A stretch of DNA of 64,000 nt from Macrostomum lignano (lineage: Eukaryota), in contig NIVC01000782.1 of assembly GCA_002269645.1 (NCBI GenBank), forward strand, positions 149,312 to 213,311, written 5' to 3'. Made by a program: the position numbers and the translations under genes. Positions within the stretch are counted from its first letter, which is position 1. The number at the start of each line of letters is the position of its first letter. This document shows positions 61,331 through 64,000 of this stretch, piece after piece. The notes beneath the pieces were generated by a model that saw only the letters and a list, made by a program, of their open reading frames with translations, was not told the origin of the DNA and ran no database searches.

Positions 61331-62947
61331 TCAGCCTCGAACAAAGTACACTCCATCGGTGCTGCTCAGGTTGGCAGGCGGGTAGGCGAACCTCAGCAGG
61401 TGGCACAGGCGCTGCTGGCCAGAGAAAATCACAGCCTGGCAGTCGGGGTTGGCCTCGCACAGAGTCACGCAGCCAACATCGGCTGCTGCTGCTCGACTCC
61501 AGTAGGTCAGCCAGGTCGCTTCCACCGTCAGGGCCGGCATGGCAGCCCTTCTGAAGCAGGTTTTGTCTGCGAAATTCGGTTGAAGCATTGTTGAATTACA
61601 TGTGCGAGATGCTGCATGACCGTTAGACAGGCTAATTGAAGTCCTGCAGTGACTACTAACTGCAGTTATACTTAATTGTAGGATGCTGGTTGCCAGATTT
61701 TCTATTTTGTAGGTCACTTCCAAATTGTAAATTTGAAGAAGGTAATGGTACTTACATACAGAAAGAAGATAAATGAAATCAGATTAGCAATAATTCATTG
61801 GATAGAAACTACGTAATTAAGATCAAAGGGTGATTACTTTTGTTGGTTAAACGTTAATCCCTTTCAAAACTTGCAAAAGGAAACAAAATCACCAAGCTAA
61901 CAAGGAACGAGAAGTATGTATAATAATCTACTAAAACGAGGAGAATGTCTATGCTCGCTTCGCTCGCATTTTTTCCTTTGGTACTTTCTGTTGCCTCGGA
62001 GATTCTGCATAGACATTCTCCTCGTTTCAGTTGGTTATTGAAGTGTAATTCCACGAATGCAAGGAACGGAGAATATATTGACTAGATTCGCGGAGATAAT
62101 GAGTATTCTCCGCCCCCTGTATTCGCAGGACACGTTTTGTCTATGGTAGAAGAAAGTGTTCAATCAACCTCACTCTGGCTCACGGCCTTAACTTTATTGT
62201 CTATGGCAGCGGAGGTTACTTAGTGAGAATCTCCGCTAGCAAAGCACTAACGACATAGACAAGGCGTACAGGCAAAGTGGGATACATACGTACCATGAAT
62301 ACACTAGACTCGATACCATACCACTGAGCAGCTCACATCTGATACTTGCACCAAAGTGTTCAATTCTGTGTGATTCTCTCCCACCTATCCCCAAGGCACA
62401 GAGTACGTGTATACATAGAGCTGAAGATTAATTAGAAAGAGCATGAGGCCTGCTGTGCACTCTGTACATGTCTTCTGCATGCGAGTGCTCAGGAGTGAAT
62501 AGAATAGCCATTCGAGCTAGCCTCATCGCCAGCTGCAAGTCGGCACTCACTCGGGTAGGTCAGCGCAAACACGGAGTTCTTGTACGCGTCTCCGCATGTC
62601 TGAGAGCCGTTTCCCCGGCAAGCGGTGCTGCACTCGCTCTCCGCAGCAGTTCCGTGCGATCCGTAGGACTTGCCACAGAAGCACTGACGGCCCACCTGGA
62701 CACCGAAGTACGGAAAACCGCCCAGAGAGCAGACGCTGCTGCACAGCTCGTGACTCTGCTGGCTGGTCTTCACTCCGGTCGTGACGCTGAACTCACCGAT
62801 TCTACTCACGCCATCCAGTCCGTTCAAGTCCCTGACCGAGTTGTCCTTGTAGCAGCCGACATAGGAGAACTGGACCTCTCTGGTAGACACGCTGGCTGCC
62901 AGAACAGCCAGGATGCAGGATGCTTGGATGGACACTAGCCCAAGCAT
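61331..62947 (-). CDS. Secreted WSC + PAN/apple domain protein, 2 exons, 210 aa
   Basis: complement(join(61331..61566,62551..62947)) = 633 nt. Donor A|GTGAGT and acceptor TTCGCAG|AC are both phase 1. Hydrophobic signal-like N-terminus; WSC YVGCYKD..LCSSVC..YFGVQVGRQCFCG..C..ACRGNGSQTCG; PAN-like CVTLCEANPDCQAVIF..LCHL. Confidence 0.8.
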
Positions 62948-64000
62948 TGCAAGCTTGGAATTGACGGAAACTCTTTAGGCAGCTCCCTTTTAAACAAATA
63001 ATTTTTGTCTGCTCGCGGTAGTTTTATGCAAGACACTGCTGCTGAATTGTGCAAACTAAAAGTAAATGCCATCTATACTACTGAGAAAAAAGTAGATTCC
63101 TCCGTTATCGGTTTGCTTTACTCTGTAAATTAGTCACAATTATTCATCTGTTTGTTTCTCTACTTTGAGATGTGGATGAGGCCAAGTTTGACCCAGAAAA
63201 GATATGCTGTGAGAAGCCCAAACTACTGGAGCAGCCCCTAGGAGATTTGTTCAAGCAGGTTCTGAAGGTCTTTGTATTGAGTCAGTCACATTAAGAGCTG
63301 GCTTGAATGCCTGCTTGTAACAACCTATCTGAAAGTACATGTGGGGGAGTTTAATAAATAAGAGTTACCCTCAGCTGAAACGACAGCCTGCCAAGGAGTT
63401 CTGTAAAACTGGCCATCTTTGAATGAAAAATGTCCATAAATACCCTCTTCAAAGCCAAAATTATCGATTGAAATAATAGTTAGACTGTGCAATGTAATTC
63501 ATTCAAAAAGCGGCAAAGTTTTTTTTCTATCATATGCTGAATTTTTTAAAGATAAACTAAACATGCAATAGTGCAGTGTTAAACAAATAATGCACACTGA
63601 AGATAGGTCAAAGCAAACACTGAGGGAGTTTTGACTCAAGTCACCCCGTAGTCATAGTAACAGAGGCCTTCACTTTGGTTGTCTTTCGCGCTAAAATATT
63701 AGATAATGAAATATCTACATGGACCGAGCGCGTGCCGACATATACATGTAGTAGAAGTCAACCAAAAGCTAGAAAGGTGCAGGCCGTTACTATAAAGTGA
63801 TGCCTCTTTGGTAAAACAAGCATTTTTAGTGTTGCTCCTGGTGCTCAGTGATCGTGGTTGGAATCGATGTGTCTTCTAGGAGTATAGTTTATAACGAAAA
63901 ATGGTTGGCGCTTTGTATCTTATTGTTGAATACGCGACCAGTGAGACACCGGATGACTTACTTTGAGTAGTAAGAACTACAGTTAGTTAACTTTCTCTCT

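Overview
Eukaryotic (animal) genomic DNA. Short GC-rich exons are separated by introns filled with minisatellites, and a TTAGGG run is present; this style suggests a free-living flatworm such as Macrostomum (inference, not verified). Four spliced genes were reconstructed by hand with phase-consistent GT-AG junctions. (1) The 5' part of an NSD-family H3K36 methyltransferase gene (PWWP + PHD fingers, minus strand) runs off the left edge. (2) A complete 12-exon CHD3/4/5 (Mi-2) remodeler gene (minus, 4960-19456) sums to 5628 nt = 1875 aa. (3) A 3-exon KHDRBS/Sam68-like STAR gene (plus, 46226-53063) has a single-base frameshift at about 52262. (4) A 2-exon secreted WSC + PAN/apple protein gene (minus, 61331-62947) encodes 210 aa. 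The most striking structure is an 18.4-kb foldback-type element (27007-45430). It has near-identical 4.6/4.8-kb terminal inverted repeats, CAC...GTG ends and a 7-bp target-site duplication (TTAGAAC), and I see no matching transposase. Its 9-kb loop carries a decayed Tc1 transposase and a nested 6.2-kb CCC...GGG (EnSpm-like) element, which itself holds a SINE, a LINE tail, a 23-bp satellite and a telomere-repeat run. Also present: two tRNA-derived SINE families, RNase H-bearing LINE fragments, an LTR with a perfect tRNA-Leu primer-binding site, and several MITEs. No CRISPR, rRNA or intact tRNA genes were found.
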